Below are positions 51,567-64,000 of a stretch of 64,000 nucleotides of DNA, in pieces. Under the pieces are notes generated by a model that made no database searches, was not told the origin of the DNA, and saw only the letters and a program-made list of their open reading frames with translations. The stretch spans positions 910,952-974,951 of the forward strand of contig NW_003314307.1 in assembly GCF_000143415.4 (NCBI RefSeq), given 5' to 3'. Numbering within the stretch: the first letter of the stretch is position 1; each line of letters starts with the position of its first letter. Position numbers and translations under genes: made by a program. The stretch is from Selaginella moellendorffii (Eukaryota > Plantae > Lycopodiophyta).

Positions 51567-51947
51567 CCAAAGGTAAAATCTTTGTTTCTAACAACCGGAT
51601 TTTCCGATCCAGGGCAGGAATTTCTTTCTACCTTTTCTCCAAGCGATCTTCTTAAGCTCAAAGAATTTCCTATTTTCTTCTCGAAGTTCTTTCGTAAAAA
51701 TTTATTTGTCTGCAAACTTTGCTTCACCAGTTTTATTCATTCGAGTCATCAGAAGAAGAAAAATAAAAAAGAGAGAAACGTTCTTCTGTCAATAGAGACA
51801 TCGCGAGCCTGGAAATCGATCTTACTGTAAAACTTGTCTTGGGCGAGAGGAAGCCACCAGAGAGCCTAACGTCGTAATGAGCAACGCGCACAGGTTCGTT
51901 CCTTCGTTCGCTTCCTTGATTTGTTTTCCCTTTCGTCGTCACTCTTT

Positions 51948-53583
<1,636 letters not shown>

Positions 53584-53742
53584 CCTTCCTTTCCCTCTCT
53601 TCTCTTCACCCTAAGGGCTTGATCCCTGTTTTAGGGTTCTTCGCTCGGGATGGAAATTTTTGAAGAGAAGAAAAATGCGCTTGGATCACAAAGGATGCCT
53701 CGAAGCGAGCACGACGCTGGAGCTATGTCGCGATCTGGCGCG

Positions 53743-54180
53743 ATGTGTTCTTGCCTCATCGGGCCTGGAATCTCGCCAGTGCGTATTCTCGCAACGGTGA
53801 TCTGGAAGGCGCCAAGGCGGTGTTTGATGCGATGCCCGGTGGGATCTTGTGCCCTGGACGACGATGCTCGGCGCCTATTCCCAGATCGTGGACGCTGGTA
53901 GCGCCAGGGCGATCTTCGATCAGATGGAAGAGCTCGGTCTCTTTTCTTGGAACTCGATGCTAGCGGCGTATTTCGAGGGCGGTAATCTTGCAGACGCGAA
54001 GCTCCTGTTCAAGAATGGAGCATCGTTTCTTGGACGATCATGCTCAGTGTCTACTCCCAGCACGGAACTTGCAGACGCGATGCTGGTGAGATTATCACTT
54101 GGCCGGGAGGGGCTCTTGCAAGAAGCCGAGAATCTCTTCCAGGGAATGAAGCAAAGAGGACTGGGATCTTCCTTTTGCGA
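53743..54180 (+). pseudogene. Frameshifted PPR fragment, divergent from IDH
   Basis: AYSRNGDLEGAKAVFDAMP / WTTMLGAYSQ / FSWNSMLAAY spread over shifting frames. Confidence 0.75.
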
Positions 54181-54734
54181 GGTACGCATTTCTCTCTTTT
54201 TAGTTTTCTTCTTGCATGGCGACTGGACTTGCTTGTTGCTAAGATCGAGTTGCTAAGATCGATGCGTTGCTAATTTATTTTTTGTTTTGCAGGACGATTT
54301 GTCGATGGTGGAGGAAAGGTTTTGGATTAAAAAGTTCCGGACAGCGCAGGAACTAATATGGTAAGCTCATTGGATTTAAAAACGTCTAGCTAGCCAAGCA
54401 AGCGCGTCAAAAGTTTCAAGGTTTCCAAGAGCTGGCAATCAGGTTATGATAAGCTCGGGCAAAGAAGTCAAGGAATTAAAAAGTTCAGCATGGTTTCCAA
54501 GGCAGAAACGTTTGATCCGAGGTCCAAGCAACGAGCACGGTTTTCTTCACTTTCGTGGACTATGGAAGAACGTAAAAATAAGTTTCCAGCAACTTGATCA
54601 TCCCGAAGATCCAAAAGAACAATGGAGGCTCTCGACAAGTCAAGCGATTTGGAACAGAGAACTTGATGGATCGAATCCAACCAGGAACCGGGAACCAGGA
54701 CTCGGGGGAAAATCTTTTGGATTTATACAGGCTC

Positions 54735-56147
54735 TCAGAATGGTTTCCAAGAGGTGGCAAACACAGTGGGCTGCTCCTTCCAAGTGAGAAAGAGGCCAAC
54801 GTCGGTGTTGGTGTATCCCCAGCCTTCCTTGTACCGCTTGAGCAGCGCCCGAGCGTCATCAGCTACATCGTCACTGAACTTTGCGAGCGCGAAGCCGGCT
54901 CTCCGCATCCTCATCACCCACTGGCTACTCTTTTCCTGCCTCTCTGAGATGCTCGCTTCGTCACAGGCTAACAGGTTGACGATCTTCCGTGACACAATTC
55001 TCTCCAGCATCAGCCTCTCGTTGCTCGTTCTCGGGAAACTCTCCTCCACAGACTCGAAGAAGAGGGAATAGTAGCGGACTGCTTCCACGAATCGGCTCAT
55101 GAAGTCTCCTCGAGATATGAGGTCGGCTTCGTCGTCTGCGATGATCACGAGCTTGGGATTCAGGCTCCGGAAGGTGTTGAGGACTAGATCTCGTGGAGAA
55201 GCAGCGGAAGACGAGGAAGAAGGAGGCGGCCTCTCGGACACATTGTGTAGCGAGTGAATACAGTTGACAATGAGCGCTTCTCCGGCTCGAGGCTGGATGG
55301 TAGCGACGTCGAGCAGCTCGAGCTCCGGCTGCTGGAGGAGCCGAAACTCGAACGGGACTCCCATGAGCCTTGCAAACTTTCGGAGGCGAGCACCGACCTC
55401 GGTCATGACTTTGACGACCGCCTCCTCGGAGCTTACCAGAATGCTCGTCAGTCTCAGGTGTGGAGCTCCGTCCGAGCGGGTGGCAAGAGCTTCCAGCAAA
55501 GTCGGCCACTGGGTACACATGGTGCTGCTCACGTCCAGGATGTGGACGCGAAACTCGCCTTCCACGGCTTCCATAAGAGCTCCGTTGGCCGCGACGTGAC
55601 CGAAAGTTGTCCAGGGGCTCATCTCTTGGAACTTGAGCATCATCTTGCGCATTGGATCGAAGAGGCACTGTCTCTCCGCCGCGGAGCACAGCACTCGGTG
55701 TTGGCGGGAGCCCGTCCCGGTGATCCGGCAGAAGAGTCCCTGGAGGAAGCACGATGCTAGCCGCTGGTCGAAGTCCCCGTATGGAGAAGCAAGTTCGTTG
55801 AGCATCCACATGAAATGCTGGACTCGAGCAGCGTCTTTCTGGACGACTGCTGCTGCGCACTCGATCAACAGACTTGCTGCCCAGCGGCCGTCGCCTCGCT
55901 GCAACGCGGGGAGCTGTGTGAGCTCGATCCTGTCACTCTGATCCATCTGAGGTGAGGACGTTCTTTGTGTTGTTGGTGCTGATGGGCTTTCTTCTCGGAG
56001 ATACAGCGGTGGCTTGCCGGACGAGACCAAATGCTTCCTGGACGGATCTCCGGAGATGTGTTCGTCTGCCAAGCCATAAGCCAGACTTGTTGTGGGAGGC
56101 ATGGAGGACTGCTCGGGAGACTGGTGATCACTCAATCCTTTTTCCAT
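54735..56147 (-). CDS. SHR: GRAS transcription factor, SHORT-ROOT clade (470 aa, intronless)
   Basis: MWMLNELASPYGD.DQRLAS.FLQGLF.R, RKMMLKFQEMSPWTTFGHVAANGA, VHILD, CTQWPTLLEALATR, FPRTSNERLMLER and C-terminal TSW motif are SHR-diagnostic. Confidence 0.95.
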   Translation of the reverse strand: MEKGLSDHQSPEQSSMPPTTSLAYGLADEHISGDPSRKHLVSSGKPPLYLREESPSAPTTQRTSSPQMDQSDRIELTQLPALQRGDGRWAASLLIECAAAVVQKDAARVQHFMWMLNELASPYGDFDQRLASCFLQGLFCRITGTGSRQHRVLCSAAERQCLFDPMRKMMLKFQEMSPWTTFGHVAANGALMEAVEGEFRVHILDVSSTMCTQWPTLLEALATRSDGAPHLRLTSILVSSEEAVVKVMTEVGARLRKFARLMGVPFEFRLLQQPELELLDVATIQPRAGEALIVNCIHSLHNVSERPPPSSSSSAASPRDLVLNTFRSLNPKLVIIADDEADLISRGDFMSRFVEAVRYYSLFFESVEESFPRTSNERLMLERIVSRKIVNLLACDEASISERQEKSSQWVMRMRRAGFALAKFSDDVADDARALLKRYKEGWGYTNTDVGLFLTWKEQPTVFATSWKPF

Positions 56148-57769
56148 GCACAGGAGCTAAATCCTCTGAGACGACCATAGAACCGCTGCTTCTGCGATGA
56201 GCCAAGGTATGCATTTAAACATTCCAAGTTGGTCTTTGCTTTTCTAGACTTGCTTTCAATCCTTGTCTGCAGAATCAAGCAAAGCTTTAGAGCTAGAGAA
56301 GCGAGAAAGCAACAAGCTGTAACGCACCTGTGAGTCTTGTCAAATCTCTTTTGTTCCACGTCCTTGCAGCTCTTTGGAGAGACCGAGCGACGAATTAGAA
56401 GACGAGAGAGTGTTCTAGCGTAAGAAGCAACCAAACAAGCCGGACCAAAGCAGAGGTAGAGTAGACCTGGCTGTACCGCGTACCAGGTGGTCTTCAGCTT
56501 TCTGGTATTGGGAGCCTCACTTCGCAAAAAGCTCATTGAAGAAGGCGCCACTTTGGAGGACCAGTGGAGGAGAGCTGCTAAAACTCACGAGACCAAGAAA
56601 GCAAAACTGCAAAACAGAGGTATTTTTCTAAACAAGCTTGGGTCACATTGTTGTCAGTCAGGCCTAAGCATCGCCATTTTTTTTCTCTCTTGGCAGTGGC
56701 TCACGGGGCCGCAGGAATTTTCCCCAGTGCCTTGCGGGTATAATCATAATCATTCTCTGCTGCAACAAGCTGGGAAATCTGGTCGAGATTTCACGTGACT
56801 CTATACGGGTGGAAGCTAGCGGGTATGTTTATATTGTCTCGGGACCATATATATCAGCGCAGTGCAGTATATCTACAATAGATCTCGTGAGCCAGATGTT
56901 TACAGGTACTAGTAACTTAATCTTCTCTCCGTTTCTTTAATGCTTTTGGTCCGTTGTCTCAGGGGTCGAGCGAGGGAAAAAAACTAATGAAACTTAGGAA
57001 AGCAACGGTGGATGCAAACAAAGGCAGCCTGCCTGTACTGGTTTTCTGATGAGCCCGAAAATGCTCTGGTACGTCTCTGCCCCGGTTTTTGTAAGTCAAA
57101 GATTCCGGCTTCTTCTAAGCTTATGTGTTTCAATCATGCTGTGTGGGTTTCTCAGGCTTCATTGAGCTTTGCTTTCGGCTCATCATTTCTATCAATCACT
57201 CGACGTTTCATGCTCCATCCAGTTCGTCCACCGCTACAAACAAAGGTATTTAAGTGGTCGCTTTCGATGATTGTCAAAGCTCGTCGCTCCAAACAAAACA
57301 AAAAATGTCGAGAACTCTGATCATGTCAACGTCCTTCTCGATCCGACTGCTTCGTTGTGTGGCGTGTTAGAAATCAACAATCTTGTCTACAAAGTAACGC
57401 CAGCACTTGACGACTTGACGCCATGCTAGAATGTAAGTCTCATTTCTCTTCTCTTCTAAATGTTTTTTCCCTTTCTCGCAGTCTTGTGCTGGATGGATTG
57501 GTGAAATTCACTTTAGCGACCTCGTTGGTGGGTATGGATTCATTCTCAAAAAAGTTTTAACTTTTTGCGAGCAAGCGCTTGAGGGCGGTCGATAAGTCAT
57601 TGATCAAACAACAGTGATAAAGAGCACTTCAATCTGACCGATTGATCTCCTCTCAGTCATTGTTACGTGACGATTCAAAAGCTTTTAGAATTTTCCAGGG
57701 GATCGGGTCTCACAAACTTCCAATTTGGAAGCAAAGATCCTTTGGAACCCGTCAAGAAGGATATTTTTT

Positions 57770-58000
57770 CTACGCGCGTCATATCAAGCAAAGAAGCTTA
57801 TCCACGCGTCAGTCGCGGTTTCGATTGCTTGAGAGGTCTACCTACATTTTAAGTCTGCCGCGTGGACTCGCGCTCTTTCCACGCCGCGCTTTTGCATAGA
57901 TAGAGCCGGCGAACCACCCGTTGAATCATGCCACGTGGTGGCACAGTGACGTGTCACATCACTACACGACAATTGGCCAATAGCGATCCTGCCACGTCAT
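57770..58000 (+). promoter_or_regulatory. G-box/ABRE and CGCG-box cluster upstream of the F-box gene
   Basis: GCCACGTGG (57930), TGACGTGTC (57947), GCCACGTCA (57991), CCAAT (~57977) and several CGCG cores at 57770-57890. Confidence 0.55.
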
Positions 58001-58078
58001 TTGAATCTTTCAAACAATGAAATTGGGTATATCTATGCCCGAAACATTAGGGCTTTTGGACAGAGATAGCGAGAAAGA

Positions 58079-59242
58079 ATGGCGACGCTCACGCAGCAAA
58101 AGAGTTTGATCCATGGCCTCCCCGATCATCTGGTACGCGATGAAATCCTCACAAGGGCGAGCTCGTGGTGGGATTGCCGCTCCATTCGAGCGGTGAGCAA
58201 GGGCTGGAGAGGCGCATTGCAGCTGGAATCCGATTGCCCCAAGAAGATGTTCGCGGCGATCCATAGAATTCCCTCTCCGGAATCACAATCGGCGCTGGAA
58301 TTCGCGGTCTCGGTGTATGATCCAGAGCTGGGGAGCTGGGAGCAATTGCCGCCAATTCCTGGTGTCCCTGGCGGCGTGCCCATGTCGGCGCGATGCATTT
58401 GCGTGGAGGGCAAGCTCTTTGTTCTCGGCGGTAGGGCTCTTCCCAGCTTGGAGTTTCTTGACAGCGTCTTCGCGATGGATTTGCGAGCGTACAAGCGGCG
58501 ATGGATTCGCTGCGCTGGTATGCGCCAGGCGAGGGCTGGATTCGCGTGCCTGGCCTGGAAGGACAAGATTATCGTCGCCGGCGGCCAGGGTGGCGACGAC
58601 GATCGATTGGCGCTCTCTTCCGTGGAGGCCTACTCGATCGACAGGGATTGCTGGAACGATCTGCCGGAGCTGGAGATCCCCCGGGCGGATTGCACAGGGG
58701 CGGTGATCGAGAATGGGATCATGTGCGTGGTCGGCGGGTTCACGCTCCTCCCCTGCGATCACGGGGATCAGCAGATATGGCTGAATTGCATGGAGGTTTT
58801 GGAGATTGGGAGGCGCGATTGCCGGTGGGAGACCGTGGATTCCGGCAGCAGCAACAGGGATGTGCTCCAGTCGTGCGTGATCTCCTCGGGCGTGCTCCAT
58901 AGGGCTCCTCACCCGGCGGCGATGGAGAGGATGCTGGGTCGGTGTGAGCGGCGGTGGTGGACGGCTGTGAATGGGAGGATTTGCTGCCCCGCTGGGAGGC
59001 CGCCATCGTCTAGCTCGGATTGCGAGGATGAGGAGGAGGAAGGAGAGGATTTGCTGCTCATGGGGATTGGAGAGGGCAGTGACGAGTACGTGACCCGGTG
59101 CTGCCAAATCGTGGATGATCATCGCCGGACGTCGACTTCGTTGTGTCGGGCAAAGATTGCCAAGAACAAACGAATTTGGGAAGAGATTGAGATGCCGTTT
59201 GAGCTACTTCCAACGGTCTCTTGCTGTTCCATCACGCTCTAG
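58079..59242 (+). CDS. F-box/Kelch-repeat protein (387 aa, intronless)
   Basis: LIHGLPDHL..EILTR..VSKGW F-box, followed by Kelch repeats (KLFVLGG, MRQARAGFAC..KIIVAGG, VEAYSIDRDCW..LPEL). Confidence 0.92.
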   Translation: MATLTQQKSLIHGLPDHLVRDEILTRASSWWDCRSIRAVSKGWRGALQLESDCPKKMFAAIHRIPSPESQSALEFAVSVYDPELGSWEQLPPIPGVPGGVPMSARCICVEGKLFVLGGRALPSLEFLDSVFAMDLRAYKRRWIRCAGMRQARAGFACLAWKDKIIVAGGQGGDDDRLALSSVEAYSIDRDCWNDLPELEIPRADCTGAVIENGIMCVVGGFTLLPCDHGDQQIWLNCMEVLEIGRRDCRWETVDSGSSNRDVLQSCVISSGVLHRAPHPAAMERMLGRCERRWWTAVNGRICCPAGRPPSSSSDCEDEEEEGEDLLLMGIGEGSDEYVTRCCQIVDDHRRTSTSLCRAKIAKNKRIWEEIEMPFELLPTVSCCSITL

Positions 59243-59780
59243 AAGTACAGGGGAAAGAATATCCTTTACCATTTTCTAAATCTAAATCAGAGCTTTGTTA
59301 ACAATGCTTGAATGCTTGATTAAAATGCTTGAATCAAAGCTGAATTTTACAACTGGTATACCATAACCTTGTCCCAAATTGCTATAAGAGCAATCAAAAT
59401 GATTGTCATATTAGGCATTGATTGTCATTCAGAAACCTAGAATTGATTCAAGGAGGTAAGAGAGATATTTGTCAATGACATTGAGGACAATCTCCATCCC
59501 TGCACATAAACTGAGAAGATAAGAATAGAAAGGATATCAGCTTTGGTAATTTTAAATTTGTTTTACATAGGCAAATATTGCCATAATTTGTCTAAACTAG
59601 AAAATTTCAAAGAGCAATAATTATAAAATTTTCTTACATAAGTAAATATTTTCATAATTTATACATTTTAATGACATAAATTTTAGTTTATTACACATAA
59701 AATTTAAGAAACTAAAACAGAAATAAATAAAAATTTGTTTATACACATGATTAATTGAATTACACTAGAAAATTTAATGT

Positions 59781-61064
59781 TGTAGGTTATAATGCCGTAT
59801 ACTAATATTAGCATAATGGTAGATTGGTTTTAAGCTAGGGTTTTGGGGGTTTTGGGTATCTATATTCTATTTTAATATTCTATACACTCACATTGGTGGA
59901 AATAAGAGGTAATTTTAATTATCTCTAAGGAGTGCTAATAATTGTGATAATGCTTTCTAACAATTGCATCATCTTTATCAATGGCCATCTAAATCATTAA
60001 TGCAATTTAGCATTTGTTTTTAGAGCCTCTTGCTTTGTGCGGAACTAAATATATTAGAATAGATCAAAGTTGGGAATATTATGGCTAGCATTTTGTCAAA
60101 ATCTTGTAAAACTTGTGCATGCACTTGCTCTTAACACCTTTAATAATGCTTTTCACTTAGCATAATATTATGAGATATTGCCTCTTCCAATTTTCACTAC
60201 ATATCCTTTACCTCCACTTTTTATGGAAGATGGTCTTGTTCTAATAGAGGTTAATGCTATTTTACTCATGTTTAGGGATAAGGGTGAGGACATAGTCATG
60301 GCCATGATATCTGTTGTTGTGTATATAATGAAGTTAATCATATTTATTAATGTTGTCAGTGTTTTCTACCATTTCCTAGGTGGAAACCTTGGCATCAACA
60401 TCCTATTGGTGTTATTGCAATGGAAAGTCTAGATATTAAGATTTTGAGATTAGTATTTCATGAGCATTCTTCCATTAGTCCTAATAGAGTTTATCAAACA
60501 CCTAAGCCACGTACAAGTGGGATAACAATAGTGCTATAACTCCCATAATCATCCACCTATAAAGTATAAAGTGGATGATTTGGTATTAGTCTATTTTCTT
60601 AATTTTATGGTATATAGTTTGTCTAAAAAGCTCCTTGCTCAATAGAAGGGACTGTGTTGGGTGTTATGGCAAATTGAACTGCAAGTTTATGAGGTTTAAA
60701 ATGGCTTTTAGCAAGCCAATCCTCCAGAAATTGTACATGAGTAGCAATTGAAATGCTTTATACAAAAGGATTAGAAACAATTGGTACCACCTATAAATCC
60801 ACCAATGCCTCCTTTTAATGTTCCTCTAAATCCCGGCCTATCCACCAAAGAACCCTTACTGTTTTCCATCCTTCTGAGAGGAGGGGATGATGTGAAGTTC
60901 AAGCTGTACAACTACAATGTTGTATACTAATATTAGTATAGTGAGATTTTAATAGCCGTTAAATTAGTTTCAATCTAGATTAATTGGTCTTGTATATAAA
61001 TTAAGGTTTTTGGGTATTGATATGCACATTTTTGTATTTCATTTCCATATTCCATACATTCACA
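59781..61064 (+). mobile_element. Internally deleted 1.3-kb copy 3 of the small-LTR Gypsy
   Basis: LTRs at 59781..59892 and 60891..61064, PBS TGGTGGAAAT, gag and integrase-end remnants, PPT GAGAGGAGGGGATGA, flanked by ATGT on both sides. Confidence 0.85.
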
Positions 61065-61289
61065 ATGTTAGCTTGAAACACTCTTTTATTAAAACCCTTA
61101 TTTAGCTTAGAGGCAAGAGACTTGAACACTTTAAATAACTTTGCAGGACATTTTATACACCAATGCTTAAAAATATTTTATATTGTTTAGAGTAAACTAA
61201 TCAAAAAATATTTAAATACTTTCATTCATTTACTAGGATTTTTATTATATTTTTTTGCTATAAACAACAACACTGCTACTTATAATTAT

Positions 61290-62000
61290 TGTAGCGTATG
61301 TGATCATGGGATGAGATTTGGATATACTGTCACCGTGAATCTTTGGAACCTTGGGGGATAAATGGGGATAAAATAACTACTAAAGGCTCTTTTATCAAGC
61401 AATTGCCCCTTTTTTAGTTGGCTTAAAGGGAGAGAGATAAGGTGTGCTACAGTTGGTATCGGAGCAAATGGCACAGGTTCACATCCCAGACAAAGGTATC
61501 CATCATGGGACTGCGGTACGAGTGAATGACTAGTTGCCTCACATGGAATAGCTAGTTTACACAATGGAAGGATTGGTATATTCAGTGCGGAAATGGAGGT
61601 GTTGATTCCCCTTGGCTTAATAGGGGTTGTTAGTCAATAGTCAATGGAGACATTGACATTTCTGAAGGAGTGGTGAGTGTAGCGCATGTGATTATGGGAT
61701 GAGATTTGGATATAAAAGGTTGTTAGTCAATAGTCAATTAGAAGGATTGGTAGATTCAGTGCGGAAATGGAGGTGTTAATTCCTCTTGGCTCAATAGGGG
61801 TTGCTAGTCAATACTCAATGAGGACATTGACATCTTTGAAATGGGGTGAATTTAGCGCATGTGATCATGGGATGAGATTTGGATATACTGTCACTGCAGA
61901 TCCTTTGTATGTCCTTCTTCTTGTGGAGCATCCCAAACGAAAGTATCTACCGTAGGACTGTGGTACGGATTGATGACTAGTTGCCTCACATGGAATAGCA
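61290..62000 (+). mobile_element. TRIM (miniature LTR element) in a rearranged tandem array
   Basis: 162-bp LTR TGTAGC...GCTACA at 61290..61451, PBS TGGTATCGGAGC at 61454, 226-bp non-coding interior, purine tract, second LTR start at 61678, further partial units to ~62000. Confidence 0.8.
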
Positions 62001-62009
62001 AATTTCTAA

Positions 62010-63945
62010 ATTAACTTCTAAAGCCACAATAAAAGTAAAGTTTTAAAAACTTTAGGATTTATAACTTAACTTTTTGAGCCTTACAAACCTCGTCAAGAAA
62101 AAGTAAATCTTATGGACATTTAACATCAAGTATAATAACTGTCGACAACATGAAATCCTTGTCTAAAAAATTAATAAATGCTAGAACAATAGACTCATTA
62201 AAAACATTAGAAGAGTGTGAAGAAGAAAAAGAACCTCGAGAAAGGGTGTTAACATCAGTCATAAAATTCCTAAAGTGATAAAACATCAAAATCATATATC
62301 TAAAGCTTTAAAGCCCACTAAACGGTACGATTAACCAAATTTTTTATCTCAATAACAAAGTAACTACAATATGATCAGTTTTTAATAATGTTTGAAAATT
62401 ATATAAATATGTATGAAGTTTTTCAAAACCCCAAACTCTTGCTAAACACTCATTCTCTGTTATGAAGTAGTTCACCTCCGCTAGTTGTAATATACAGTTA
62501 ATATATACAACAGAATAATATTAACCAAGCACACATGGGCTCTTTTGCATCAACACAACTCTAAAACCAATATCAAAAACATTTATGTGCAAAATAAAAA
62601 GTCAAATATACCAAAACTTGAAGAGTTATTAATATCTCGTTGAGATCCATAAACACCCACTCATAGTTTACAAATGTCGCGAATGTGACTTCGGGTATCG
62701 AAAGTTACCTGTCGGCTAGTCCTTACGGACACTCTTACCTTACTGCCACGATGGCAGGAGGTCGGTATTGTTGGGCCCGTTATTAGTCTCCACCTAAGCT
62801 AGTTGAGAAACTGGTCTTCGCGTGTGCACTTGACCAGATGGGCATAAGGACGGAATTCCTACGTGCTATTTGTCAAGCATATTTGACCTGGTTAGAGAAA
62901 CTCATTCGTTGACTTTCACTTGCTAGTGTTGGGAACCCCCGTGATATTGAGATTGGTCCCTCAATATTGTTAAATGATAGCTTACCATGTCTGCCAAACA
63001 CCCTCGCTATCATGCCCTTTGTGTTAGTCTCATTTTGGTCCTAAATGCTATTTATGGAAAGTATCCAGATTTGCTCATTTGGCATATTTGCGGAATGTAG
63101 AGATCGGCCTGAACACAATGGTGTTCGTCCCATATCCAAATTCGCAATCTAGGGATATTCCATATTTAATAAGTTTCGAGCTTGTCCCAGAGACTAACTC
63201 CTGATACTAAGGGAGGCTTGGGGTGAAAGCCCAAAGCGTGTGTTCCTCAAGGGGGGGGGGGGCTGTGGGGGGTTCCAAATGTATAGTAGGGATAGTGGGT
63301 AGGTTGGGCATGGCCGACCAACCAGAGGTATAGTCTAGCTCCCGCTTGCGTGCCTGTCCTTGTTCTGCGTCCGGCTTGGGTCTAAGCCCAAGTTCCATTC
63401 CATGCTAGCTAGTGGAGTACCCATATCCTCGCGTTAGGCCACCGGTATGCCGAAATAGCACCAGACTCTGTTTGGCTCCGTTTTGCGTGCTGGTCCTGGC
63501 ATTGGGATGTTGGTTGCTCCAGGACTGTTCCAAGTCGCTCCGGGCTCCTGTCCCTTCGCTCCTTGGGCTTTATGCTCGGGAGTTGCTCCGTGGTTTGGTT
63601 CTGTCACTCCTCGGCTCCATGCTTGGGAGTTTGGCACCGTTCCTTCGTTCAGTGGCCCAAGGCCCTGGACACGTGGACACGTGGCATGGACACGTGGCAT
63701 GTGACACATGGCATCTGTCACGTGGCACAAAGAGGGTTTAGGCTCCGCTTCGTGGTGTTATCCTATGGTAAATCACCTTAGGATAAAGGGTCAAAACCAC
63801 GTGTGCTAAAACAAACCAAATGAAAAACAACGCTCGAAATGGTGTAGTGTGATCAAAAAGATAATTAGCAAAATGACCCAGATACTACACATTGCCCAAA
63901 AAACATTACACATCATTCACACACTTGAGTGTAAAATTCATCAAA
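62010..63945 (-). mobile_element. Very decayed Gypsy pol fragment (copy 4) split by a solo LTR
   Basis: Collinear with ~20170..20960 on both sides of the inserted LTR. Confidence 0.8.
62675..63810 (+). mobile_element. Solo LTR (1.13 kb) with 5-bp TSD ACAAA
   Basis: Homologous to the reverse complement of 32377..33504. ACAAA at 62670-62674 and 63811-63815. Terminal CA is mutated to AA. Confidence 0.9.
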
Positions 63946-64000
63946 TAATATTTAAATATTTTTATTTATTGCCTAATATTTGTGTTTTTTTTTGTTTGTG

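Noticed and set aside
51415-51594. 60-aa N-terminal extension of oleosin
   Set aside because: It depends on a non-ATG start and covers promoter-like sequence. The ATG at 51414 (GCCATGG context) gives a typical oleosin.
54961-59122. Long alternative-frame and antisense ORFs over SHR and the F-box gene
   Set aside because: Shadow ORFs expected in GC-rich coding sequence; no domain signal.
63207-63781. Several ORFs within the solo LTR
   Set aside because: They lie inside an LTR and show no protein motifs.

Overview
Eukaryotic plant nuclear DNA, most likely a lycophyte such as Selaginella. This is inferred from the ~50-nt introns, tightly packed genes, PPR fragments, oleosin and SHR. About 1-50 kb and 59.7-64 kb is a nested transposon field. 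It holds a very young Ty1/Copia element (identical 155-bp TATT...AATA LTRs, GGAAG TSD, empty site visible in an inverted duplicate) and four copies of a small-LTR, tRNA-Ala-primed Ty3/Gypsy family with 4-bp TSDs. It also holds a 1.13-kb LTR family, a tandem TRIM and two decayed RepHel Helitrons. Each Helitron is joined head-to-tail to a non-autonomous Helitron carrying captured intron-containing host fragments (SMC6, PPR, others). A ~2.7-kb block with a His-rich single-pass membrane ORF is present twice in inverted orientation; the left copy also has a tRNA-Ala pseudogene, of which only a 3' remnant survives in the right copy. A compact gene island at 45.5-59.2 kb has an unknown trypsin-like gene, an oleosin, NAD-IDH catalytic subunit, a PPR fragment, SHORT-ROOT and an F-box/Kelch gene. 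All alignments were done by eye, so boundaries of degenerate repeats are approximate.
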